Counted from the stretch's first letter, positions 9,633 to 19,726 are shown. The stretch: 64,000 bases of DNA from an uncultured Poribacteria bacterium (GCA_958296135.2 CATQHZ020000001.1:864001-928000), one strand, 5' to 3'. Notes: generated by a model from the sequence alone, not told the origin. Program-made: numbers and translations.

Positions 9633-12398
9633 ATGTCCTCATACCGAAAGAAATTAATTGAAGTCAGCCTGCCATTGGAGGCCATCAATCGCGAATCCGC
9701 AAAGGATGCATCGCTGACGCATGGGCATCCGTCAACACTGCACAGATACTGGGCGCGCCGCCCGCTCGCAACCTGTCGGGCTATCATTTTTGCCAGTCTG
9801 GTGGATGACCCGGGCTCTTGCGAGGATGAATTTCCTACCGAGAGCGACCAGGGCGCAGAACGCAACCGACTCCACGGCCTCCTCCGGCAGCTCGTTGTCT
9901 GGAAAAATAGCAACGATGAGAATATCTTGGCGGCGGCGCGATATGAAATTGCCCGTTCCATTGCACGTCACCGCGGCGAGACTGCCCCCGCGACATCCGA
10001 TGCGGTGTTGCGATACCTCAGTGAGCACTGCCCCGCGGTTTACGATCCGTTTTGTGGTGGTGGCTCCATTCCGCTAGAGGCGCAGCGGCTCGGACTTCGC
10101 GCGCGAGGCTCTGATTTGAACCCGCTGCCGGTGCTGATCACAAAGGCTATGGTTGAACTCCCGCATCCCTTCCGCGACCTTCCTCCCGTGAACCTCAACG
10201 TTCAGCCGTCAAGCAGGATTGTGAAAGAGGGCAGGTGGCGCGGCACGGCGGGTTTGGCGAACGATGTCCGCTACTATGGTGCGTGGGTGCGCGAGGAGGC
10301 ACACAAGCGTATCGGCCACCTTTACCCGGACGTGCAACTGCGCGATGGGAAAAAGGCGACTGTCGCAGCATGGTTATGGGCGCGCACTGTGCCGTGTATT
10401 AATCCGGCGTGCGGGCTCCAGATGCCGCTGCTGAAAACTTTTCAACTTTGCAGAAAAAAGGGGAATGAGCATTGGGTGAAGCCGGTTGTGGATCGGGAAT
10501 CAAATCAAATCTCATGGCAGGTGCAGCGTCATACCGAGGGAGTGCCGAAGCGCGGCACTGTCAACCGCACTGGTGCGCACTGTGTTGCTTGCGGAAGTGC
10601 TGTCAAATTAGATTATGTCCGCGAGCAGGCAAGCGCGGGCAAAATGGGAGAAACGTTGACAGCGGTAGTCGCCGAGGGAAAAACGAAGTTGTTTATCTCT
10701 CCTACCGATTCGGACATTCAAGCTGCTTTCAAAGCCACGGCAAGTTGGAGACCGAGGGGAAAACTGCCACATCATGCAGCGAATTTAAGGGTGCAGGGTT
10801 ATGGTATAACCGATTGGCATCAACTTTTCACTGAGCGGCAGCTTACCGCGCTTACCACTTTTAGCAATTTACTGTCAGAGGCTCGCAACCGTGTGATACA
10901 AGATGGTGCAGGAACCGACTATGCAGACGCTCTTTGCACCTATCTTGCTTTAGCTGTTGGAAGGGCTGCAGACGGCCACTCTAGTTTCACGTTCTGGTAT
11001 AACACCAATGAACGTGTTGTTGGGGTTTTCGCGAGCCAATTCATTCCAATGCGGTGGAATTTTCCTGAGGCAAATCCTTTCTCCGATGCCAGACAAAATT
11101 GGATGTCTCAGGTTAAGTTAGTAGCTAAGGCAGTTGAGAATTTGCCTGCTTTAGCGAACATCAGCGAGGCCTATCAAGCAGATGCAACTACTACGAGGCA
11201 TGCTGATGATGGGCCTGTTATTGTCACCGATCCGCCGTACTACGATAACATCGGATACGCCGATTTGTCTGACTTCTTTTATGTCTGGCTGAGACCGGTG
11301 CTCCGTGACACCTATCCGGCACTGTTTAGCGGCATAGTAACGCCGAAAGATGAAGAAATGATTGTGAACAAAAATCGGTTTGAAGATTCCCATACACGTT
11401 TTGAGGCATTAATGGCAAAGGCACTGCTGCGGATACGCCGGAACTGCACCGACGAGTTTCCGTCCTCCATTTTCTATGCCTACAAACAGCAGGAGGAGGC
11501 ACGCGATGGCAAAACCTCCACCGGGTGGGAAACGATGCTGACAGCTGTTGTTGAGGCAGGCTTTCAAATCGTCGGTACATGGCCCATGCGCACCGAACAA
11601 CTAAAGGCACTCAAGTCACGGAAAAACGCCCTCGCTTCATCCATCGTGCTCGTTTGCAGGCCGCGGCCCGAAGATGCGCCGTTCATCACCCTTCGGAACT
11701 TTCAGGCGGAACTCAAAAAGGCGATGCCGCCCGCACTCCGAAGACTCACCCGCACCGCAAAGATAAGTCCCGTAGATCTGGCGCAAGCCGCCATCGGCCC
11801 CGGTATGGAGGTGTATTCTCGCTACAGCAAAGTGATGCGCATCAGCGGCGAGATTGTCCCGATTCGCGAGGCACTGAAATATATCAACGACGAAATCACC
11901 GCTTACCATGAAGAAGAGAGCGGCACATTGGACAAGACGACGCAATTCTGTTTGACATGGTTCAAGCAGCACGGGTATCAGGAGGGCGATTTCGGCACGG
12001 CGCAGCTGCTCGCTACCGCGACGGGTGTTGATGTCGCCAGTCTGCATGGAAAAGTGCTGACGGCGGAACGGGGACGGGTGAAACTTTTCCGTCGCGAGGA
12101 TTACTATGAGCGTGAATTGAGCGATGAGGTGTCGGCGTGGGAGGGATGCCAGCAGATGGCGTTCCATCTGTCGGATGTTGCGGTAGGCGGTGGTATCCAA
12201 GCGTGTGCGGCGGTGTTGCGCGCGATGGGGGCTCAGGAGGATTCGGCGGAGCGTCTGGCGCGCGTGTTGTATAGTTATTATGAGGCATTGGACGATTCGG
12301 CGAGTGCGTTAGTCTATAACAATTTGGTTCAGCAGTGGCCCGTGATTTGGGATGCGAGTCGTTCGCCGCGGCAACAGTCGGTCTTCAAGGCTGTCTGA
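9633..12398 (+). CDS. DUF1156 domain-containing adenine-specific DNA methyltransferase
   Basis: KKLIEV.LPL..IN and TLHRYWARRPL.TCRA; motif I DPFCGGGSIPLEA; zinc ribbon C..PAC/C..CG; motif IV TDPPYYDN; GWET.L. Confidence 0.92.
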   Translation: MSSYRKKLIEVSLPLEAINRESAKDASLTHGHPSTLHRYWARRPLATCRAIIFASLVDDPGSCEDEFPTESDQGAERNRLHGLLRQLVVWKNSNDENILAAARYEIARSIARHRGETAPATSDAVLRYLSEHCPAVYDPFCGGGSIPLEAQRLGLRARGSDLNPLPVLITKAMVELPHPFRDLPPVNLNVQPSSRIVKEGRWRGTAGLANDVRYYGAWVREEAHKRIGHLYPDVQLRDGKKATVAAWLWARTVPCINPACGLQMPLLKTFQLCRKKGNEHWVKPVVDRESNQISWQVQRHTEGVPKRGTVNRTGAHCVACGSAVKLDYVREQASAGKMGETLTAVVAEGKTKLFISPTDSDIQAAFKATASWRPRGKLPHHAANLRVQGYGITDWHQLFTERQLTALTTFSNLLSEARNRVIQDGAGTDYADALCTYLALAVGRAADGHSSFTFWYNTNERVVGVFASQFIPMRWNFPEANPFSDARQNWMSQVKLVAKAVENLPALANISEAYQADATTTRHADDGPVIVTDPPYYDNIGYADLSDFFYVWLRPVLRDTYPALFSGIVTPKDEEMIVNKNRFEDSHTRFEALMAKALLRIRRNCTDEFPSSIFYAYKQQEEARDGKTSTGWETMLTAVVEAGFQIVGTWPMRTEQLKALKSRKNALASSIVLVCRPRPEDAPFITLRNFQAELKKAMPPALRRLTRTAKISPVDLAQAAIGPGMEVYSRYSKVMRISGEIVPIREALKYINDEITAYHEEESGTLDKTTQFCLTWFKQHGYQEGDFGTAQLLATATGVDVASLHGKVLTAERGRVKLFRREDYYERELSDEVSAWEGCQQMAFHLSDVAVGGGIQACAAVLRAMGAQEDSAERLARVLYSYYEALDDSASALVYNNLVQQWPVIWDASRSPRQQSVFKAV

Positions 12399-12432
12399 AT
12401 CGCGGATCCTGGGGATCCTTAAAGATGTTTTC

Positions 12433-12461
12433 TTGCAAAGTGTTGTTTTTTGTGGTATGCT
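12433..12461 (+). promoter_or_regulatory. Promoter, near-duplicate of the 8615-8643 promoter
   Basis: TTGCAA-N17-TATGCT; the block 12433-12479 closely matches 8615-8662. Confidence 0.6.
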
Positions 12462-12524
12462 ATCTGATGCGGTGAAGTTTTCGTATTGAATTGAGAGGTA
12501 GTCCTCAAAAGCGAGGTAACCGTT

Positions 12525-12818
12525 ATGAAAACAAAACCCGAAGTTGAGGTGCGATTCACGCTCCCAATTTCCGAGGGCTGCCTGTGCCACAAAGGTGCCG
12601 CGGAGCAGAAAGCAAAGACCGCGTACGTGTTGGGGTTGCTCCGACACGGTGACATTAGCGCGGGCCGCGCCGCGAAGCTTCTGAACGTTTCGCGATGGGA
12701 GCTCTCCGAACTGATGTATGAGGCGGGCATCTCCCCTTTTGACGACAGTCTCACTGCGGAAACGCTTGCGGCGGAAGTGGAGACGGCTCTGAAGGTTTTG
12801 ACTGGCCGGACACGATGA
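12525..12818 (+). CDS. UPF0175 family putative antitoxin
   Basis: Motif G.ISAGRAAKLL.VSRWE..ELM...GI; GAGG RBS; ATGA overlap with a PIN toxin start. Confidence 0.85.
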   Translation: MKTKPEVEVRFTLPISEGCLCHKGAAEQKAKTAYVLGLLRHGDISAGRAAKLLNVSRWELSELMYEAGISPFDDSLTAETLAAEVETALKVLTGRTR

Positions 12819-12991
12819 TTGTTTCAAATAGCACGCCGTTGATTGAGCTCTCGAAAATTCGGCGATTGGAGTTGCTTCGGGAGGTGTACGGACAGGGCTT
12901 CGTGCGACGGGCTCCAGGGGCTACGGGGCTTCGCGAGGGACAGTGGACATCTCTGCAGCGAGGCTGCAGAGATGACAAAGTTTCGGCGTAA
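12815..12991 (+). pseudogene. Truncated DUF3368-like PIN toxin
   Basis: MIVSNSTPLIELSKIRRLELLREVYG matches a DUF3368-type N-terminus. The frame then runs into REP sequence and stops at TAA 12989-12991. Confidence 0.75.
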
Positions 12992-13280
12992 CGGCCCTCG
13001 CGCTACGGTTAAAAGGGCCTTGCGAGGGGAGCCCTCGGCGATTCGCGCTCGCCGGGTTTTCCCTCGCGCTACGGTTGAAGGGCCTTTCGTGCTACGGTTA
13101 AAAGGGGCCTTTCGCGAGGGACGGGCCCTCGTGCTACGGCAACATTGAGACCGGGGGTTTCTCCTACAACATTGAGACGCGGGAGGTTTCTCCTACAACA
13201 TCGAGACCGGGGGTTTCTCCTACAACATCGAGACCGGGGGTTTCTCCTACAACATCGAGACCGGGAGGTCTCTCCTACAA
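12920..13280. repeat. REP mosaic plus five tandem 27-28-bp family B units
   Basis: Family A copies with loop inserts, then (AACAT(T/C)GAGACCGGG(G/A)GT(T/C)TCTCCTAC) x5 at 13141-13278. Confidence 0.9.
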
Positions 13281-13292
13281 GGGGACAGCATT

Positions 13293-14066
13293 ATGCGTTT
13301 TGAAAATAAGGTGGCGTTTGTAACGGGGGGCGGCGGACCGCTCGGTATTGGGAGGGCAGCATGCCTCGCATTTGCGCGTGAAGGCGCAGCAGTGGTTGTC
13401 GCCGGGGGACGAAGCGCAGATGCTGTTGCGGCTGAGGTGAACGCAAATGGCGGTAAAGCGATTGCGGTGCCGTTGGATGTTACCGTGCCGGAACAGGTTC
13501 AAGCGGCCGTTGATACGACATTAAATCGTTTTAATCGGGTGGACATTCTGTTCAATAATGCGGGTATTCTCGGCCGCCAGCCGTTGCTTGAGCTCACGCC
13601 GGTGCAGTTTGATAAGGTGATGGCGGTGAACGTCAAAGGGTTTCTGCTGTGCGCGCAGGCGGTGGCGAAGGTGATGATAGCCCAAGGCATCCGTGGGCGA
13701 ATCATTAACAATTCCTCTATCTTCGCGGAGGAATCACACGTTGGCGTGCTCAGTTATTGCGTGAGCAAAGCCGCCGTGAATCGGCTAACTCGCAGCCTCG
13801 CGCTGGAGCTTCGTCCGTATGGCATTACTGTCAATGCGGTGGCCCCGGGCGGCGGCGCGCCGACTGGTATGAACGCGGCGCAAAATCTTCCTGACGATGA
13901 TGCTTTGCCTGCCTTGCCGTCGGCTTCGCCGGATGCCGCACCGCTTGAACGCGGCGCGACGGTTTGGGACTACATCGGCGCGGTGTTGTTCCTTGCTTCC
14001 GATGAGGCGGCTTATATCAGTGGGGATATTATGACGATTGATGGCGGCGCGGTGGCGCGGCGATAA
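13293..14066 (+). CDS. SDR family oxidoreductase
   Basis: Motifs TGG...GIG, NNAG, YCVSK, VNAVAPG and DGG. Confidence 0.93.
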   Translation: MRFENKVAFVTGGGGPLGIGRAACLAFAREGAAVVVAGGRSADAVAAEVNANGGKAIAVPLDVTVPEQVQAAVDTTLNRFNRVDILFNNAGILGRQPLLELTPVQFDKVMAVNVKGFLLCAQAVAKVMIAQGIRGRIINNSSIFAEESHVGVLSYCVSKAAVNRLTRSLALELRPYGITVNAVAPGGGAPTGMNAAQNLPDDDALPALPSASPDAAPLERGATVWDYIGAVLFLASDEAAYISGDIMTIDGGAVARR

Positions 14067-14078
14067 GGAGAAAATCGA

Positions 14079-14564
14079 TTGGCGTTCATTGAGGGATTAA
14101 AAAATTACGGCACGCTCTCCTGGGAGTGGCTCAGCGCGCAAAGCGAGCCCCTCTTTGTGTTTTTAAAGGCGCATTGGCTCATCGTCAGCATCCTTTCCGC
14201 TATCAGTTTGGTGGGGAGCCTCGTTGGCTGCGCTGTTGTCATCGTTTACCTGCCGTGTGACTATTTCGCTGCCACAAAACGGGTGAGCCGCATTAAGTCT
14301 CCCGTTTTGCGCTTCGGGCTGTCTCTTCTGAAAAATGTGTTTGCGGTATTGCTGATTGTGGTAGGGATTGCGCAGTTGGTGCTGCCGGGACAAGGCGTTT
14401 TGACGATACTTATGGGGCTCGTCATCAGCGATATCCCCGGCAAGCGGCGGCTGGAGCGTCGCCTGATTCGTTTGCCGGCGATACTTGCGTCTGCGAATGC
14501 TATCCGTGCGCGGTTTAAACGGCAACCGCTGGTGTTAGATGGAAAAGGTGGCGATACGCAGTGA
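14079..14564 (+). CDS. PGPGW-domain-like membrane protein
   Basis: TM helices and LVLPGQGVLTILMGL...D.PGK; AGGAG RBS with TTG start. Confidence 0.75.
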   Translation: MAFIEGLKNYGTLSWEWLSAQSEPLFVFLKAHWLIVSILSAISLVGSLVGCAVVIVYLPCDYFAATKRVSRIKSPVLRFGLSLLKNVFAVLLIVVGIAQLVLPGQGVLTILMGLVISDIPGKRRLERRLIRLPAILASANAIRARFKRQPLVLDGKGGDTQ

Positions 14565-14588
14565 CGCGGCGTTGGATCGGCATACTGG

Positions 14589-15887
14589 TTAGTCCTCTTC
14601 AAACCGAATTTTCATCGCGGCGGCGTGTCCCTCCAATCCCTCTATCTCGGCGAGTTTCACTACATCCGGCGTGACCTTCGCTAAAGCGGGCTTGGTGTAG
14701 GAGATGAGGCTTGTCTTCTTAAGGAAATCGTCAACGCTTAGCGGCGAGGCATAGCGCGCTGCGGTGCCTGTCGGCAGGACATGATTCGGGCCGGCAATGT
14801 AATCTCCAACTGCTTCTGGCGAGTACGGCCCGAGGAGAATTGCCCCTGCGTTCCGAATCTTACTGAACCAGTCAAGGAGGTTCTCCACGTGCAATTCGAC
14901 GTGTTCTGGTGCGATGGCGTTTGCGAATTCAACGGCTTCCGTTAAGTTTTCAACGATAAAGGCTGCGCCGTAGTTTTCCAAGGCGCGCACAATTTCTTGT
15001 TGGCGCGGCAGCGTTTGCGCTTGGATATCGATGGCGGCTTTCACTTGCTCCGCGAATCCGAGTGATGGGGTTACAAGGAGCGCCGAGCAGTCCGCGTGGT
15101 GTTCTGCCTGCGAGATCAGGTCGGCGGCGACATAATCCGGGTCTGCCGTGCTGTCGGCGATGACGAGGATTTCGCTGGGTCCGGCGAGTTTATCTATATC
15201 GACGTGTCCGTAGACCTCTTTTTTGGCGAGTTGGACGTAAAGATTGCCGGGTCCGACGATTTTGTCAACGGGCTTCACAGTCTCGGTGCCGTATGCCATT
15301 GCGGCGACGGCCTGCGCGCCGCCGCATTTGTAAACTTCGCGAATGCCACATTCTGCTGCTGTCACGAGCATGTACGGGTTAAGTTTGCGGTTTCGTTGCG
15401 GCCCCATGCAGAGTGCGATTTCTTCGACACCGGCGACGGTGGCTGGCACCACGCACATCAGCAACGAAGAGACCAGGAGTTGGCTCACCGATGGGACACA
15501 GACTCCCACCCGTTTTAAGGGCCGGATGAGGTGTCCCAGTAGCACGCCATCGGCTTCAGTGGACATCCATGAGGTGCGGAGTTGCTTTTGGTGAAACTTC
15601 TCAATGTTCGTGCGTGCGTGCGTGATAGCGTCAATAAAGTCAGAGGTAACCTCTAAATACGCTTGTCCGAATTCTTCACGCGAGACAGGGAGTTCCTTCG
15701 CGGCGAAGCGCGGCGCATCGAGTTTACGGGTGTACCGGACGACAGCTTTATCGCCTTCGCTTTGCACGTCGCTCAGCGTGCGTCGGACTGTCTTTAAGAT
15801 ACCTTCGTCTGTTAATTTGCCCCGCGCGTTCAGTTTTGCGAGGAAAGCGTCTGCTTCTGGGGTTTGCGTGTCAAGAATTCGCAACAT
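14589..15887 (-). CDS. hisD: Histidinol dehydrogenase
   Basis: Motifs GGAQAVAAMAYG, KIVGPGN, AGPSE, DLISQAEH, APEH and GDYIAGPNHVLPT; start placed at ATG 15887. Confidence 0.97.
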   Translation of the reverse strand: MLRILDTQTPEADAFLAKLNARGKLTDEGILKTVRRTLSDVQSEGDKAVVRYTRKLDAPRFAAKELPVSREEFGQAYLEVTSDFIDAITHARTNIEKFHQKQLRTSWMSTEADGVLLGHLIRPLKRVGVCVPSVSQLLVSSLLMCVVPATVAGVEEIALCMGPQRNRKLNPYMLVTAAECGIREVYKCGGAQAVAAMAYGTETVKPVDKIVGPGNLYVQLAKKEVYGHVDIDKLAGPSEILVIADSTADPDYVAADLISQAEHHADCSALLVTPSLGFAEQVKAAIDIQAQTLPRQQEIVRALENYGAAFIVENLTEAVEFANAIAPEHVELHVENLLDWFSKIRNAGAILLGPYSPEAVGDYIAGPNHVLPTGTAARYASPLSVDDFLKKTSLISYTKPALAKVTPDVVKLAEIEGLEGHAAAMKIRFEED

Positions 15888-15919
15888 TGCTGAGTTATTT
15901 CTCCTTGTAACGTGCCGGG

Positions 15920-16213
15920 TCCTCGTGCTGCGGTGCATTGCGAGGGGAACTCTCCTATCGGAAATCGAGACCGGGAGGTCTCTCCTACCTCGTGCTGCGG
16001 TGCGTTGCGAGGGGAACCCTCGGCGATTCGCGATCGCCGGGCCCTCGCGCTACGATAGAAGGGGCGCGGTACGGTGCGCGGTGCATCGCGAGGCACAGGA
16101 CCTCGCGCTACGATAGAAGGGGCGCGGTACGGTGCGCGGTGCATCGCGAGGCACAGGACCTCGCGCTACGATAGAAGGGGCGCGGTACGGTGCGCGATAC
16201 GGTGCGCGATACG
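15920..16213. repeat. REP mosaic with 58-bp tandem units between murA and hisD
   Basis: GCATCGCGAGGCACAGGACCTCGCGCTACGATAGAAGGGGCGCGGTACGGTGCGCG at 16083 and 16141, a partial earlier copy, and family B at about 15965. Confidence 0.88.
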
Positions 16214-16214
16214 G

Positions 16215-17495
16215 TTACATTTCTCCCCAAGAGTCGTCAACTCTAAGGATATTTGCGCCGATGCGGTTCAACTTTTTCTCGATTGATTCGTATCCCCGGT
16301 CGATGTGATAGACGCGCGATACGACGGTTTCGCCGACTGCTGCCATGCCTGCTGCGACTAGTACTGCGCCGGCTCGCAAATCGGAGGCCATCACAGGTGC
16401 GCCGCTGAGGTGCTTCACGCCGTTAATGATAGCCCGGCGGCCATCCAGCATGATGTCTGCGCCCATTCGGTTGAGTTCGGCGGCGTGTATAAACCGGTCG
16501 GTGTGTACCTTTTCGGTGATAACGCTGGTGCCTGATGCGATGCAGAGGAGTCCCATTATCTGCGCCTGCATATCTGTTGGGAATTCTGGGAACGGGCTTG
16601 TCGTTACGTCGATGCCGCTGATTTGCCGGGGTGTTGTGACGCGCACGCCGCCTTCGTCCCAATCCAATTCCACGCCTGCTTCGACGAGTTTATCCGAGAC
16701 AGCGGGGAGTTGCGCGTACGTAATGCCTTTGACATAGACATCGCCTTTTGTGATGGCGGCGGCTGCCATGAAGGTGCCTGCCTCAATATCGTCGGTGATA
16801 ACGGTGTGTTCGGTGCCGTGTAGATGTTTGACACCGTGGATTGTCAGCACGGATGTGCCGATGCCCTCGATGTTCGCGCCCATTGCATTGAGGAACTGGG
16901 CCAGATCGCTGATGTGCGGTTCGCGGGCGGCGCCCCGGATGACGGTTGTCCCTTCTGCCAACGTGGCGGCCATCATGACGTTTGCGGTTGCGCCGACGCT
17001 TGGGCCGTATTGCCCGGTTAGGTACATTTCTGTTCCGATTAGACGTGGTGCCTGCGCGTAAATGTAACCTTTCTGCACTTGCACCTGTGCGCCGAGGTGT
17101 TCTAACCCGCGGATGTGCAAATCGATCGGCCGCGGCCCGATGGCACATCCGCCTGGGAACGAGACTTTGGCGCGTCCGAGTTTGGCGAGAAGGGGCCCGA
17201 GGACATAGATGGATGCGCGCATTTTCCGCACGAGTTCGTAAGGTGCCTCATACTCCAGATGGTTCACCGGCTGGATGTAGAGCGTGGCATCTTTCAGTTT
17301 AGTTGAGGCACCGAGGCCCTCTAACACGGCGCGTAGTGTTGCGACGTCTGTCAAATTTGGCACATTGTGGAGCACGCTGACACCGTCGCCGAGGATCGCC
17401 GCGGCGACTGCGATGGGGAGCACGGCGTTTTTGCACCCACTGACTGGGATAGTTCCTTCGAGTCGAGTGGCCCCGTTGACAATCAATTTTTCCAT
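16215..17495 (-). CDS. murA: UDP-N-acetylglucosamine 1-carboxyvinyltransferase
   Basis: Motifs SGCKNAVLP, MRAS, PGGCAIG.RPIDLH, SVGAT.N, FPTDMQ, SDLRAGA and HIDRGY. Confidence 0.98.
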   Translation of the reverse strand: MEKLIVNGATRLEGTIPVSGCKNAVLPIAVAAAILGDGVSVLHNVPNLTDVATLRAVLEGLGASTKLKDATLYIQPVNHLEYEAPYELVRKMRASIYVLGPLLAKLGRAKVSFPGGCAIGPRPIDLHIRGLEHLGAQVQVQKGYIYAQAPRLIGTEMYLTGQYGPSVGATANVMMAATLAEGTTVIRGAAREPHISDLAQFLNAMGANIEGIGTSVLTIHGVKHLHGTEHTVITDDIEAGTFMAAAAITKGDVYVKGITYAQLPAVSDKLVEAGVELDWDEGGVRVTTPRQISGIDVTTSPFPEFPTDMQAQIMGLLCIASGTSVITEKVHTDRFIHAAELNRMGADIMLDGRRAIINGVKHLSGAPVMASDLRAGAVLVAAGMAAVGETVVSRVYHIDRGYESIEKKLNRIGANILRVDDSWGEM

Positions 17496-17792
17496 TTTCA
17501 ATCTCCTCACGTGCTTTTCAAAGTGGCACGCTTAAGGGAAATCCGTTTTTAAATTTCGCGAGTGTGTCTATCTTTACTTCCCTTTACTGCATAAACGATG
17601 CCAACTCCGTTTTTGTTACAAATATAGCAAGACAAGGGGTTTCTGCGTTTGGGTGGATGTGTCAAAAAAGACACATGTTATTTTTTGGGGTGTGTAGTAT
17701 TGTTCTGGGTTTCGCGGAATGTGCTTGCATAAAAGGGCGATTTTTGCTAGCATCTGGATTGTTACGGGCCTGAACTTATTTTTTTTGACGAG

Positions 17793-18851
17793 GTGAACCA
17801 GATGGCAGACAAAATATATCGTATCGGGATTATTGGCTGCGGTGGCATGGGCCGTTCGCATGCCCGGAATTGGGCAAGCACTGGACGCGCCGAGGTTGTC
17901 ACTGCATCGGACATCAGTGCTGCATCCGCTGCAAAGTTTGCTGAGGAATTCTCACTGCCGACGCACTACGCGGATTTCGGAGAGATGTGCGATAAGGAAG
18001 AGTTGGACATTGTGAGCATCACGACGTGGCAGAGCGTTCGTGCCGAGCCGACTATCGCTGCTGCGGCAAGCGGCGTGCTAGGGGTTATCACCGAGAAGCC
18101 GATGGCTGCTTCTGTTGGCGATGCGCAAGACATGATGGACGTTTGTGAGAAACACGGCGTGAAGCTTGTTGTCGGGCACCAACGGCGGTTTAGCCCGCAA
18201 AACTGCGAGGCGCGGCGGCTTATCCAAGAGGGCGCGATCGGCGAGCCACAGGCGATGCTTCGCCGCGATGGGCACGGCTTACTGAATCGTGGCACACACG
18301 AGCTTGATGAGATGCGCTATATCCTCGGTGACCCGGAACCGCTGTGGCTTATCGGGCAAGTGGCCCGGCGCACCGACCGGTGGGAACGCCGAGTCCGATG
18401 CGAAGACCTTTGCATGGCGGAAATCTGCTTTGAAGGTGGCATCCGCGGCGTTTACGAGAGCGATTTGCCGGAACCTGCACTCCGAGGCGATGTCGTCTAC
18501 GGAGACGATGGCCAGCTCCGCCGCGGGGAAAACGGAACGATTGAGCTGCTCAATAGCAAAGCCGCGGGCTGGCAGGTGATTGCGCCGCGCCAGAGTGAAC
18601 CGAATCAGTTTGACGAGATGTTGGCTTGGATCGAAGGCGATATTGACGAGCATCGCAACGCCGGCAAGCATGGGCTCTGCACGATAGAGATGCTGATGGC
18701 GATTTATGAATCGTTGCGGATTAAGAACGTCGTGACGTTCCCGCTGACGACGCGCCCGAATCCGTTGGATTTGCTGGTGGAGGGTGGCGCATTGCCGGTG
18801 TTCGTTGAGGGCCGGTATGACATCCGTGCGCCGTTCCCGGAACAGCAGTAG
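17793..18851 (+). CDS. Gfo/Idh/MocA family oxidoreductase
   Basis: Motifs GIIGCGGMG..H, EKPMA, GHQRRF and GTH..D. Confidence 0.9.
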   Translation: MNQMADKIYRIGIIGCGGMGRSHARNWASTGRAEVVTASDISAASAAKFAEEFSLPTHYADFGEMCDKEELDIVSITTWQSVRAEPTIAAAASGVLGVITEKPMAASVGDAQDMMDVCEKHGVKLVVGHQRRFSPQNCEARRLIQEGAIGEPQAMLRRDGHGLLNRGTHELDEMRYILGDPEPLWLIGQVARRTDRWERRVRCEDLCMAEICFEGGIRGVYESDLPEPALRGDVVYGDDGQLRRGENGTIELLNSKAAGWQVIAPRQSEPNQFDEMLAWIEGDIDEHRNAGKHGLCTIEMLMAIYESLRIKNVVTFPLTTRPNPLDLLVEGGALPVFVEGRYDIRAPFPEQQ

Positions 18852-18854
18852 GAG

Positions 18855-19597
18855 AGCCCTCCTGGGGGACAGGTTTTCCGTCGCGCGACGGTGAAAGGGG
18901 CCTCTTTCGCGCGAGGGTGAAAATGCGTCTTAGTCCGTAGGGCGCGGTCCTGTGCTGCGCCATGCGTCGATCAATCGAGGTGAATGGCGAGGAGCAGGTC
19001 TTCGCGCGAGGGTGAAAAGGGCCCCTTAGTCCGTAGGGCGCGGTCCTGTGCCGCGCCATGCTGCGGTCTGCGGAGGAAATGCGGTAGTCCGTGGGGTTTT
19101 GGCGGTTTTTGTGTGGGTCGAGAGATCGCGAGGGACAGTGGACATCTCTGCAGCGAGGCGGCAGAGATGACAAAGTTTCGGCGTAACGGCCCTCGCGCTA
19201 CGGTAGAAGGAGCGGTTTTGGGGGTCGGTGAAAAGGGCCCCTTAGCCCGTAGGGCGCGGTCCTGTGCCGCGCCGTGCGTCGATCTGCAGAGAAGAGTAGC
19301 GCAGTCCTGGGGCTTCTGTCGTTTTTTGTGTGGTTCGAGGGATCGCGAGGGACAGGCCCTCGCGCTACGGTACTAAGGGGCCGTTTTGTGTGGATCGAGA
19401 GATCGCGAGGGACAGGCCCTCGCGCTACGGTGAAAAGGGGCCGATGGTGGAAGGGGCTGTTTTGAGGGATCAGGGGATCGCGAGGGGAACCCTCGGCGAT
19501 TCGTGATCGCCGGGCCCTCGCGCTACGGAAGAAGGGATGCTACGGTGAAAAGGGGCCGGTGTATCGAACATCGAGACCAGGAGGTCTCTCCTACCGG
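18855..19597. repeat. Large REP mosaic (families A, B, C with loop inserts)
   Basis: Three family C copies, several family A copies (plain and with either insert type), and one family B copy at about 19571. Confidence 0.9.
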
Positions 19598-19632
19598 AAA
19601 ATGGGAGAATTAAGAAGATTGCAATTTTAATG

Positions 19633-19661
19633 TTGACAATTGCACAAAAATGTGGTATACT
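19633..19661 (+). promoter_or_regulatory. Consensus-like promoter for the leader and surface protein gene
   Basis: TTGACA-N17-TATACT with extended -10 TG. Confidence 0.75.
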
Positions 19662-19726
19662 ATGCTATGCTGTAACTGATTTGGGCGAGATGTGAAATGT
19701 CGCCCCTTACGTCTAGGAGAACGAAC

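Noticed and set aside
9633-12398. Complete DUF499/DUF1156/SNF2 restriction-like or BREX-like system
   Set aside because: No ATPase, helicase or PglZ gene is adjacent.
13141-13278. Regular 27-28-bp repeats suggesting a CRISPR array
   Set aside because: The units abut with no unique spacers, the same unit is dispersed through the window as REP family B, and no cas genes are present.
18721-19465. ORFs within REP mosaics (also 8642-9155, 12751-13148, 15830-16286, 23511-24329, 26564-27052)
   Set aside because: Recurring peptides such as RGTGPRATV and ARDRPSRY are translations of the repeats, with no RBS or domain evidence.
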